DNA of 54,752 nt, counting the filler, from Sphacelaria rigidula (lineage: Eukaryota), in assembly GCA_964200075.2 (NCBI GenBank). It is 5 parts of 5 records of this genome, joined end to end, with 100 filler letters (N's around TTAATTAATTAA, not from the genome) between each part and the next. Parts side by side here need not be neighbours in the genome. Positions count along the whole stretch, not along the records: positions 1 to 10,871 come from CAXNAA020005760.1; positions 10,972 to 21,842 come from CAXNAA020005761.1; 3 more parts are not named here. One strand, written 5' to 3'. Below, one piece after another: positions 1 to 11,638 of this stretch; within the stretch, counting starts at the first letter, position 1; each line of letters opens with the position of its first letter. The notes under the pieces were generated by a model. The model was not told the DNA's origin and searched no databases. It was given only the letters and a program-made list of their open reading frames with translations. The position numbers and the translations under genes were made by a program.

Positions 1-207
1 CCTTTTTATGTGTTGTAGATCCCTTTGGGTCTTCCGGGATCGGGGGGGGGGGAGCCGCAGTGAAATTGCGGTAATGAAGTCATGGCAGAGCTTTTGCGAG
101 AAGCCAATCAATCAAACATAGAAGCGATATATTGGTGAAACTCAGAATATTTATCAGAACATGTAGGCAGTGGGCGGAGGGGGGTACTCATGTTGATTGG
201 TTGATTG

Positions 208-700
208 CAAGGGCAGGGCGGGTAGGACATATACTTTTGAACACTCGGGTAAAAATATTTACTGTACTCAAGGTTTGGCCTGATTGGGTACGGCCTCAAA
301 TACTCTACCCGAATTGTGGGTAGATTGGGTACCACCTCAAATACTCTACCCGAATTATGGGTAGATTCGATACGACCTCAATTACTCTAGACTACCCAAA
401 TATTGGGTCAGCACTCTCAGCAGTACCTGGGTGTAGGGTATCACCTGGGTATGGCCGCAACACTCTACCCAAATTTCGGGTAGATTGCGCACGGCCTTTA
501 ATACTCCACCCATTTTTTGAGTAGATTGGGCACGACCTCAAATACCTCTCCACCTAAATTTTGGGTGAGCACTCTCGGCGATACCTGGGTACAGAGTAGT
601 ATCACTTTGGTGTGACTTTAATGATCCACCCAACTTTTGGGTATGTTGGGTACGATCTAGAACACTTCACCCAACTTTTGATTAGTTTGGATACGAGTTC
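208..700 (+). repeat. Degenerate tandem array of ~41-bp units with an internal hairpin (copy 1 of a dispersed element)
   Basis: Unit approx. CTCAAATACTCTACCCGAATTGTGGGTAGATTGGGTACCAC with CTACCC..GGGTAG palindrome, repeated about 8 times with interspersed variant units; leader CAAGGGCAGG.CG.GTAGG shared with 1683. Confidence 0.85.
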
Positions 701-976
701 ATTTTTCTATCGCTAAAAGAGTGCGGTGAAATTGGTCTGAGCAAATTCGTTCATTTCTCGTGAGTTGGGTCCACACGAGTTTGCAAGCTTTCGACCGAAG
801 AATGCAGCGAAAATCGTGAAGCGGCACTTTTTCGCTTGTCTACAGTACAGCACTGAACTGTCTTCGCTGTATATCCATTTGGTGTGCCCGCGCGCGCGCG
901 TGTGTGTGTTTCGTACAGTAAGATGCGAGAGAGAAGGGAGCAACGTGCAGTGCAGAGAGCGCAAAGCTGCACGCGC

Positions 977-1280
977 GGCCATTTGGTTACCCCAAAATTC
1001 CTCCGCAGCAGTGAATTTGTCGAGCCTCTAGAGGAATTAAACGCCTCCGGAGGGGTGCGCGGCCCTCCAGAGGAATATCTTTTTGTTTCCTCCAGGGGGA
1101 GTAGACGCCTCCGGAGGCTTGTTGTGCCTCTGGGGGGCCGCGCATCCCTCTCGAGGCCTTTTGCTATCCCCAAATCCCTCCGGAGGGGTGCGCAACCCTC
1201 CGAGGGGTAGTTTTTGGTTTCCTCCAGAGGAGTTGAAGGCCTCCGGAAGCAAAACATGTTTAGGGGGTAGCCAAATGGCC
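977..1280. mobile_element. MITE, 304 bp, 17-bp TIRs
   Basis: GGCCATTTGGTTACCCC (977-993) vs GGGGTAGCCAAATGGCC (1264-1280), 16/17 complementary; internal CCTCCGGAGG palindromes; flanks ACGCGC/ACGTGT may be a decayed 6-bp TSD. Confidence 0.75.
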
Positions 1281-1682
1281 ACGTGTGAGCTATCTGTACT
1301 CTCTGCCCTCAGAGCGACGTGAGAAGGACTTGAACAACGGACAGCTTTGTACTACAGCCTGCCCTGTTCGTGGGTGCACGCAAGTTGGTCGTCCACCCGA
1401 CCACGCGGTTCCGTCGCCGATCCCTGCCGTGAAAACGAAGCTCAACCTTTTGCGAACATAAAATATATAAAACAAACACATCATTCCTAACCACTGTAGT
1501 GTATATATCCCTGCACCCAACTCGTGCTAGGTACTGAAGGGTTGCGGTGGCAGCTGAGAATGAGTTGGGTGGGATTTGCATCGTTCTGTGAACGGATGAT
1601 ATCTGGCGTGGTGACATGCAAGATGGATAGGAGTCAAGTGCCCCTTCGTATCTTCCCTCCGCATGTTTTCGATAAAAGAAGC

Positions 1683-2080
1683 CAAGGGCAGGTCGAGTAG
1701 GGTATTCGCTTTTAAATACTCGGGTAAAATACCCGGGTGTTTACTCTACCCAAGGTTTCTGTAGATTGGGTACGGCCTCAAATACTCCATCCGAATTTCG
1801 TAGAGATTGGGTACGACCTCAAAACCTCTACCCAAATCTTGGATAAGTACCCTCAGCAATGCCTGGGTGTGGAGTATCACTTGGGTATGGCCTTAATACT
1901 CTAGCCAAATTTGGATAGACTGAGTACAACGTCAAACACTATACCCAAATTTTGGGTAGATTGACCTCAAATACTCTACTCAAATATTGTGTAAGCACTC
2001 TCAGCACCTAGGTATAGAGTGTTACTTGGATATGACCTCAATACTGTACGCAAATTTAGGGTTATTTTGGGTACGATCTG
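1683..2080 (+). repeat. Second copy of the 41-bp-unit array element
   Basis: Same leader and same CTCAAATACTCTACCC..GGGTAGATTGGGTAC units, in the same orientation as 208-700. Confidence 0.85.
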
Positions 2081-4967
2081 AAATCGCCATCATGGTCCTC
2101 GCCCGTTTCTGATGCCGAATCCTGTCTTGGCACGCGGGTTGCAATCGACAAGTCTCTCTCTGACCAAGCTATATCACCTATCTATTGTACATAACTTGGA
2201 CGTCTCCATTTCGACGGTGATTCCGAGCTTGTCTACCCGCAAAAGGTCCCCTTCTTCTTGTAGTTCTGTTTGCGGTATAACTATAATCTCCTGATCAAAC
2301 ATGGGGTGTTGTTTTTCAGATTTTGTAGCTCACCGAATGGAGAGGATCGCAGGTAGAAACGGAGGAGAACTAGAGCTGCAGACTTATATTGGCAGTTTCG
2401 GAGAAATGAGGTGCGATCCCGAAAGAGTGCTTTTCCCAAACTAACTGGAGGGCAAAGATTGACCAATGGCTTGTGTCTCGGCCTCATGCTCGCAATCGCC
2501 CGGAGCCTTCTTTTTCGACTCTCACCCACTCTGTACACCCGAACCGCTGAATCGAAGCGACTTTCACTGCTGAAGTAATCACCACGACATGGACGCGAAG
2601 GGAGATTTGGCGCTGTGGTGGTACAGACTTGACGAAATCTGCTCGAGAGGTATACATGCGATCTAGAGGTATCGGGTCGAAAATAAATCATCGGGCACGA
2701 TGAACGCTATTGTAGGTCATGGAAGGCGCCGTTCTGTTCGGCGGTTGGGTCAGTCGCGTTTTGGACTAAGCCCCTTCGTCTTTACTGTTAACTCTTCGTT
2801 TTTATCGTGTGCCCGAGCAGCCATCATCATCTTGCGCGAGCAAGTAAGTTAGACCTTGAGCCACGACTTTACCCGACGAAGTGTTCATTTTCGTCGCCTG
2901 TTGAGGGTCATGGATGTGTGTATTGTACTGTCAGTGGGGCTGAAATCAACAGATTTCCTGTACTGAAGTGATTTCTTGAAGCTAGTCTAGGAGAGATTCA
3001 AACGTGCGGTAAAACCAAGGTTGGGGAGGGACAGGATGTGATATTCCGATGATTACAGTAGAACAATGAGAGAAACAGAAGGATTATCGGAAGCATGGGG
3101 TGGGCGGGGCGGTAGGGTACAGTGTAGCTCGTTTGGATTATCAGCGGCTAGCTCGCAAAGTGCCCGTCTGAACGCGGAAGGCTTTCCGGCACAAGAGAAG
3201 TAGTACGGCATTCGTGCTTTGCTTGCGACTTTCGGTATTGGGTATTGGGTATTGAGTAGGGAGGTGTACCGGGGTAAAGGTACGTGAACGCTTTGGAATA
3301 CTGCAACCCTCATTTGTTGAGATGCGGGTATTTGCCAAGAACGACCATTCATCAAGATGCGGTTGGTTAAGAGACATTGAATACGCTCAGTAGTGGCAGA
3401 GACCGTCTCAGAGCTTCGGGTGGGCACTGATATCTCTCGGCATCGTGATTAAAGATGGTACTACAGATGCTTCGGTTCATCCTCGTGGGTGCTTGCTATG
3501 TCCGTGGGGGGTACACATATAATGTAAACGGAGGCGTGGTAAAGATTGCTGCGGTCTGCTTGTGTTTTCGGTGCGATCTACAGCACACTTGAGCTGTATA
3601 CTTGTTGGCGACAGTGAAAACAGAAGCGGCAGGGTGCGTGCAACCTGTGCTACTCAGGGCTTGCAATCCTCCGTTGCAGTATCGCATTTCAATGTTGTAT
3701 TGCGGTCTCTGTGCGGAGTACAGGTGTTGCTAGATCTCCAAGGATGCAAGATGATGCCGAATAGCTACTTGGCGGCGCCCATTCCCTTTGCTGACAATGT
3801 AAATGCAATGCAAGCGGTGGGCAAGCGCCAGTTATTGGCGGTACTCTGCTCATGAACGTTGCCGAAGTGCTTGCTAGTGCCATGCATCACAGATATTTAC
3901 CTTGAGAAGTGGCGGGCGGAAAGGAACAAACTCACCGATCAAGCTGTGTTGTAGTACCTCCATCGATCGAGAATCTTGTGCACTGTTGCTGCTTTTACTG
4001 TCATGTTTGTTCTTGTGAGTAAATCTTGGAGGAGTCAACCAAATCTAATGGGACTTCTGGTATACTGGTTGCTGATTCACGTTGCCTCCCCAAAATGTGC
4101 AGAAAGCAGCAGAAGGCAGAGCACGCACCAGTGGTGGCTGGTCGCTCAAATTCATCGAACCAGCAAATCAATACGAGAAGCCCACACTTGAAAAGTAGAT
4201 GATCAATTCTTCGAGAGTTTCTGTGAATTTGTCTGTGTGTACCTTTTCGATCGACTGGTAGGACAGCGATTTGCGGGAACCATAAGGCGAAGCCTTCAGG
4301 AAAATTAAGCTTGCGAAAACGACGCGCCGTTTCCTCAGGATATCGGAGCTGAAGCAAGCGCGAGGGTGCGTCTTTTTTTATCTCTATGCGCTTACAATCC
4401 ACGAACTGCCCCTGCCACTACTTCTGCCGTTTTTCGCGCTGCAGAAATTCTTGTTGGAGTGTCATTTTTGCGATACCACCGTTCAACACATGCAGCGTCA
4501 CCCTAGCTCTGATCCGCGGATGTGGAGTAGGTGGAAACGATCGACGAGTGGATCAGCAAGGCACTGTTCGCCCTGCGAAACAGTTTGTACAGTTGGTGGC
4601 TGCTCTGCTACATTTAAAGGTAAGCCTTAGCCGGACAGGTTTCCCCCGCATACATAGCTCCACCATGCCATCTCGGGGGTAAATGTTGGGCTACAGTCGC
4701 TCAGCATTTGTGGTCGATGTACGCCGCCCGGACGACGACGTCTTTTGAAGTGCTGCTGCTGATTCCAAGCCTCGACCCACTCTCTTCTCATTGAAGATTT
4801 GGCCACAGTATGCTGCTCGAACAAGCGTAGCCACCCGCGATGGTCTCGTCCTACTCTTCTGTCAGCGCCGGAATATTCAACGGTGCTTTGCATGGAGGTT
4901 GTCAAAATGATCCTCAGATACGCATATCGAACAAACACGACAGAAAAACATTTCCTCCTTCTTGAAC

Positions 4968-7900
4968 TCAAGCGTTGGTCAACTTCCTCCTAGTTAGATT
5001 ATTGCGACACGCTGCTTGGATACGCATGGCGGCTCGACACTGTTGTCGTTTCCACTTTCGAGTAACGCCGGTGTGCCTCCGCTTGCCGTAAACTTCCACA
5101 ATCTATGCCGTCGATATGTAGACTGGATAATAACGGCACTTCTATGCTCCTTCCGCGTGCAAAGGTCGACGGAATGTTTCCTCCTTGCCAGACTTCCGCG
5201 ATACGCTGCTTGCACAACTGTGGCGGCCTGATGAAGTTGTCGCTGGTCACGTATACCTTGCCCCCCCATGGAGTTACTCGATGGATGTCTCCGGTACTTC
5301 GATTGAATGTTGGTGACGTTTCTATGGAGCTGTTGATCTCGGATGTGGATCACCAACTTCTTCCTACACACTTGACCACGATATGCTGCTTGGATAGCTG
5401 TTGCCGCTCGAAACCGTTGACGTTCGCTTCTTCCGTATGCCCCCGCGGCATCTTCGTTCGACATTGACTTCCTCCAGCTATGCCGTCGATATACCGACTG
5501 AATAAAAACGAGATTTTTCTCTTCTTCCCGTGCGCAAAGCTCAACAGCCAGTTTTCGCCTAGCCAGATATCCTCGGCACGCCGCTTGCACAACCGCGACG
5601 CCTCGATGCGGTCGTTTTTGGTGGTCGTCGCCATGTCCCGCCATGAACCTCCTCAATCTATACCCCCGATACCCCAACTGAATGAGAGTAGCACTCCTTT
5701 GCCTCCGTTGGGTTTCAGCGTTGGTCGTCAATTCATTCATGGCTATCGTTGCTTGTAAGTTGCTGTCTGTTGCTTGGATAACAGTTCTTTCGATAGCGCC
5801 AGCTGTTTCATCCCGTCTCCACTCGTTAGCATCGGCATTTGTAGTCGCGCTTCCCGTGGATTTCTTCGACCTGTGCCGCCTGTACGTCGCCTGAACGACG
5901 ACGGCACTTCTATTCCACCGTTTATTTCCAGGAGTGACCGTCGATTGCCTCCTGGCGAATCGGCGGCGATACACTGCTTGAATGACTCCGGCGGCTCGAC
6001 CCCGCCGCAGCTCATTTTCGAAGTCGACTTCCGTGCCTGTGCTTGACATGGAGTTCCTTGACCTGGGTCGTCCATCGGCCGACTGAATCGCGTTAGTACT
6101 ACTACTGTTGCGGCTCTGCTGTGGGCAACGCTTGGCCAATACATTTTTCGTAGCTAGATGTCTGCGGCATGCTTCTTGGACAACAACAGCAGCTCGATAT
6201 TTCTGATCTTCACTGTCATGGTCGATGACGTCCAGCATGGCTCCCCTAGCCCTTGCTTTTCTAGCCGAGTGCCGTCGGTACATGGACTGGATCCGGATAG
6301 CAGCGTCATGGAGTTGTTTGTCTCCAGGGTTTGCCGCTGTACATTGCGGGGTCAACGTGGTTCTCCTGACTATGTGTCCACGATAAGCAGCCTGGATGCG
6401 CAATGCTGCGAGATTTTGGTGCCTCGCCTTATTTTTTAGAGCAATCATTTTACTCACTTCCTTCACCAGCTCTCTCACAATGTGCCCGCGGTAAATCGCC
6501 TGGATGGCAACGGCGGCACTAGTAGCAGCTTGCTGGCTCTGTCGGCGTTTCTCTATCTCAAGCACATCCCTCATGGCTAAGCGCTTTCTCAAACTATGCC
6601 CACGGTAGGCAGCTTGAACCTTTGCAACAGCTGACCAGTGTTTCGAATCCTGCGACATCTTTTCCCTTACTCTGTGTCCCCTGAAGATCGCTTGAATGCT
6701 CATAGCCGCAGCATCTTGTTGCACTTTGCGCATGGCTAACTTTCTCGCCTGTGCTTTGACCCTCCCCCGATGCCCCCGATGAAGTGCCTGAATAAGCGCC
6801 GCTGCTTCTGTGCGCCGTCGTTGTCTCATCCTTAAAAGCCTTGCCAAGAAAGCTACGGCACATTTCTGCAGGGTTAACGCTGCGGCAAGACGACGTCGTC
6901 TGATCCTCTTCCGTTCAAGGTATCGTCGAACAAGTGCCTGAATTTTCTTGGCGCTATTCTCCCGCCGTTCCCTAGTTTCTAATTCTGCTCGGTATTTCCG
7001 TCGCCACGCCCACCTGATTGATTCGTCGGTTGGGGAAACGGGATAAAATTGTCGTTGTGAGGATAGGGGATATGATCACGTTTTGGCATACTCCGAGTAC
7101 TTTCGTAGGGCATCTTGTTGCTATGAATTCAAGACTTGTGCAGTCTGCATTCTCCGATGTCAGCTGCCCTTACGGTACCGCCACGAACATGGATGAAACT
7201 ACTACCTACCAATCCACCTATCCTTACGGGTCGGCTTGCGGGCTTAGCTCTTTATCATAGCATTTGCCCGGACTGCAGAAAATAACACTTGCAGGTAAAC
7301 CTGCATATCTGCTTTGATCAGAAGATGTCGAGTAGAGATGGTTGACTTTTGTTTCAACACTCCGTACTTGTCATCAGGGGCAATATCGCCCTGAATCTCC
7401 ACGCAAGCTGTTGTGCCGCCCCGTGGTGGACACTACTAGACACCTGGAGAATACCTTAAGCTATCCCGGGGATGCTAGGATGGCACCCCCGAGGGCACAG
7501 CGTCATAACATCCATCATCTGATCCTCTCTCCACGTGTCGTGTAATGGACCGGTGTTTGAGTCGTGGGGTTGCGTCATGAAAATGCTCGGAGGACGCAAG
7601 GGTTGCTAGAGGAATGATGAGCAAAACGTTTTTCTGGGTCCCTTTCGCAACGCAGAGGGCGGGACTCATTGACCACCGGGAATTGCTCTACTGAGGTGGA
7701 TCCCTGTGCTCTCGAGGACTCGTGGGCGATGGCCTGACTTCCACGAGCGCATGTGTATGCACCCCGTCTGCCCCCCGTATCGTTGAAACGGCCCACCTCC
7801 TGCTGATGCGCTGAATTACCGCAACCGCTTGCATCTGACGCCGTCTCTCACGCCGCCCGACTCTCCGTCTAACGTGGAATCGGTAGGCAGTTTGGATAAC

Positions 7901-9649
7901 CTGCGCTGATGCACGGCGACGTAGGTTGAAAAGGACACATCTCCCAGCCCGCTGAATGACCGCTGCGGCGTCCAGAAGCGCCTTCCTGCGACGTCGGGCA
8001 TGCTTGACAGCAACGTATCGGCGTATTGATGCTTGGAGCACCTTCGCAGCTCGCCGCCGAAATAACGTAAAGGCACACCACTTGCCAGCCCTCTGTGGGG
8101 GTGGAGAAATGAGAACGGTCCACATTTGAGAGGAGGGGAAGCCTACGTTGGAGAGGAATGCCCGGAACAGACGAGGGGCTCCAAATATGTACTCGTTGCC
8201 ACAACGAGCGAACTTCTGAGACGCGTGTTAACTGTGCCGCGATCAATCAACCAATCAAATCCATGTCCTATACGCTGGAAATGACGGTGCTGAGGCCGTG
8301 TCTTATCAAATTATTTTCGTCTAGAAAACGTTGCGGTCGAATCGAATTCCCTCGTTTGTGATTCGTCCACGCTCTTTATTTTCTCAGATGGTTGAGGAGA
8401 ACATGAATGCCGTGGACGTATCAGGCGACAGCAAATTCGATTCCACCGTACGTTTTTGAGTCGAAAACAATTTGAGAAGACACGGCCTGAGCACAACATT
8501 CGACCGAACGAGACACGATGATATGGGGCGGGACGACCACTCTTTCACAATGTCGTAGGGTTTAAGGTTTATACCTTGGTGCGGGCTCGGCGCCAGGTGC
8601 AAAATTTACAATATCTTGAAACATCTGTTTTGCTCAACTCGAAAATATCACACGGAAACGAAAATGGTAGTAGCTACAATGATCCTACTGCAGCATCGTT
8701 GCTGGAACGTGGTTGCACCGTCCCCACGGGCAAGCGCGAAGAAATAAATCACATGGACACAGTACAGTGCAGTACCACTCGGCTGTAAAGTAAGAGAACC
8801 AGGATTTCCACCTAAAAAGTGCAAGCGAAACAGGAGATATATGTATGATCATTCGTACCTCGCTCAAATACACATTAGACGGCGTCAGATTTTGTAATTT
8901 AGGCGGTGAAACTACTCCAACAGGCTGAAAATTGTACCTGGAGCACCGCTACGGCGCTTTTGCGTTGTCGCATCTCCTGATATGCGCGCCGTCGTCTGCC
9001 ACAGCTCTGCACTCGAACGGCAGCTGAGAGCAGTTTGATGTAGGTTTGCCTTTGCACCACACCCCGGCGATAACGTTGTAGTGTCGTGGCTGCCTCGTAC
9101 CTTGTCCTACGTATCGACGTATACGCGAAAGCACGTGAGCAGTTGTCGGTAATTCAAAGCTGGAACGCGGGCCCGGCAGGCGGTGCGTTCGACCACATCG
9201 CGTCAGCGATTTCTTTCCACGCTGTTTTTGCGCATATACATTCCACGGGCTGCACTATCACTATCACTATCATCGACCGGCTCTCGTGCTTTAACCAGCT
9301 TTAGATAAATTGATTATATCATACCTATACTGTAGTGCGAAACGTACCTGGCACTACTGGTGTTCGCTCGATAAACCCAGAGGCTTTCCAAAGTTTTTCG
9401 ATGAGCGAGGGAAAACGTTATGATAGTCATCTCCACGTGTGCTATTGAGGAGACTTCAAGTACTCATCTCTTGCTACCTCTTGTGCATGGCCTTACCGGT
9501 TTTTCGCCGATTCCCTTTCCCCTCTTGAATCTTACCGCAGGTATTCGTGCAGCTTGTCGCGGATCCGTAGCCGGTGTAGCACACCCCGCATGAGGGCCTG
9601 AATCGCAGTCGCGAATTTTGAGCGCATCGCCTGTTGCATTCGACATAGC
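4968..9649 (-). CDS. Multi-IQ-motif (calmodulin-binding) protein, 5'-partial, frameshifted as assembled; myosin-neck-like or ASPM-like
   Basis: Phase-compatible GT-AG exons 9649-9536, 9106-8938, 8092-7797 and a large exon from 7013. IQ motifs run across the junctions (VLQ|RAGKW, IQRISR|RWAWRR). 16 IQ motifs in ORF 4994-6847, 10 upstream, 1 more in a shifted frame at about 5030-4985. One extra base near 6848 splits LQKMCRSF/LAR. Confidence 0.8.
8287..8494. mobile_element. Intronic MITE with ~65-bp imperfect inverted repeats
   Basis: GTGCTGAGGCCGTGTCTTATCAAATTATTTTCG.. matches the reverse complement of ..CGAAAACAATTTGAGAAGACACGGCCTGAGCAC. Confidence 0.75.
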
Positions 9650-10089
9650 CTGAGAGGCATTCGGGGGTGTGGCGGCAGTCGAACAATAAACACGACAATT
9701 GTACAGTCCTCGCAGGATGCCGTGAATGCTGAGATATCGCTGCCCTACGTACCATAGTATTGGCCACTATTGCAGCGTTTGAAGCTCCGATAGACACACA
9801 TGCACCCTGAACAAAGACCAACAGAAAGCGCCGTTGTCAGTGTATTATAGTCAGTGTATTGCGGCGATACTCGTCGCGGGCATGAGAAGCGCCACGACAG
9901 CACACGACGGCACGCTGCGCTTCATATCTCTCCAAACTAGACCCCGTTGCGATTGTAGAAGCACCTGACCGTGCCCCCGTCCGCGTTTTAAAAACGATAA
10001 ACTTGGCGTTGAAACGAGGGTCTATCGAGAGATTTTTTTCGGACACGGAGTCCCCCCCGCCCCCTCCTCCCCAAAAGTGCAATGATGCT

Positions 10090-10871
10090 GGACAGGGAAA
10101 TATTGAAATATGTTAATATCTTACAAGGAGTTGCACGGACGTACGTGATCACCCAATTTGTTCAAGGTATTCATTAATGACGAGATGATGGCAAAAGAAG
10201 CAGCAAAGCAAGGGGTCAAGGTGGGCAAAGATATGGTATCAGGATTGATGTTCTCGGATGATTCCGTGGGGATTTCAGAAACACCAGAAGGGTCACAGCA
10301 ACAGATGGGCAAAGCGCTAGAATACACTACCAGGAATGGAGAGTGACATCGAACGTCAACAAATGCGCGGTACTCGTCTGTAACGAAGATAAGAAAAAGT
10401 CTGGTAGAGTTCAAATGGAAGTGGGGAGAAGAGGAACTGCCGATTGTAGACCAGTATATATATACCTTGGCGTTGAGATCTCGAAACACTGTTCTTGGGA
10501 TGCATACATTAACAGAGTAATAAAAAAGGGTAAGGCACAGATGGGCAGAATGGACGTGATCCTCAAAGACCCGCACCTAGACACTAGGATCAAGAGATGT
10601 ATCCTGATGAACATGATCGCGTCAAAGCTGGAAAATGCGGGAGAAGTATGGGAGGGGAACGCGAAGTCGGTGGAGAGGGTAGAAACAGTACAGATGGCAG
10701 CAGCTAAGAAAATACTTGATGCTCGAAAACGACGAGTATTACAGTTTTGAGAGCAGAGTTGGGAATGTACTCACTAAAAACAGAGACATGAGGAAATTGC
10801 GATGGCAGTATAGCGTAAAGAACATGCAAAGAGGTTGCCAGCTATAGTTGATAGGGCTGTATGGAAGAAAA
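10090..10871 (+). mobile_element. Degenerate non-LTR retrotransposon (LINE) reverse transcriptase fragment
   Basis: LQGVA..SPNLFKVFIND, GLMFSDD (FADD-type motif), NVNKCAV, YLGVEI across frameshifted ORFs 10158-10346 and 10343-10750; truncated by the spacer. Confidence 0.88.
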
Positions 10872-10971
10872 NNNNNNNNNNNNNNNNNNNNNNNNNNNNN
10901 NNNNNNNNNNNNNNNTTAATTAATTAANNNNNNNNNNNNNNNNNNNNNNNNNNNNNNNNNNNNNNNNNNNN
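10872..10971. other. Artificial contig spacer
   Basis: 44 N + TTAATTAATTAA + 44 N. Confidence 0.97.
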
Positions 10972-11638
10972 CAACCCGCGTCTCGTCATTCCCTCCAGCC
11001 CCTCAGGGCCCATCCACACATCTACGCTGTCGAAACGGGTCGAGAGAGGGCAAATGGAACTCACGAACTTAGGGTCCATCGTAGCAGCGGCCTCCCTCAT
11101 GCTGGCTTCTACCTGCCGTGGGTTTGACCCCCCACATCATGTACGGCAAAGCGCGACAAGCCCACGCGGTCGGGAGCGCCAGCGACAAGGGACAAGGACG
11201 GGATTCGAGGGCTTACGACGTGCCATCGCCGCATGAAGTAAACAGCACGGGAGACAGGCTTCAGTGGTTTTGGCAAGACCGACACGCACGAAGCACGATA
11301 GGGAGTTCGCCGAGCAAAGGACCGGAGATAAACCACTTCTCCGAGGATGAGCAAATGTTCCTCGAGACGCATACTAGGAACCCGAAGTTGTGGTCAAGTA
11401 GGCAAAACCTGTACAAGTGGTTTTCACATTGACCAACCCTAGTTTCACATCAACATTTTGAGATGTTCTCAGAGGTACCCCTGCCGCTACGAGCTCCATC
11501 ACTTCTGTCACAACTCTTTTCGAGCGCATCACGTAACATGAGAGTATTACGGTACCCAGGGCGAAGCAGCAGCAGCCCAGTGAGCGTGTCCCTTGATTTC
11601 AAGATCCAGTACTGCAGCAATCTTGTTTCGTGTTTCAC

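Noticed and set aside
208-2080. CRISPR array (palindromic 41-bp repeats with a leader)
   Set aside because: Units are contiguous and degenerate with no unique spacers; no cas genes; eukaryotic context.
10916-10927. TTAA repeats as piggyBac target sites or a regulatory motif
   Set aside because: Identical core in all four N spacers; artificial.
11054-11432. Short ORFs at the start of piece 2
   Set aside because: No recognisable motifs or supported splice junctions.
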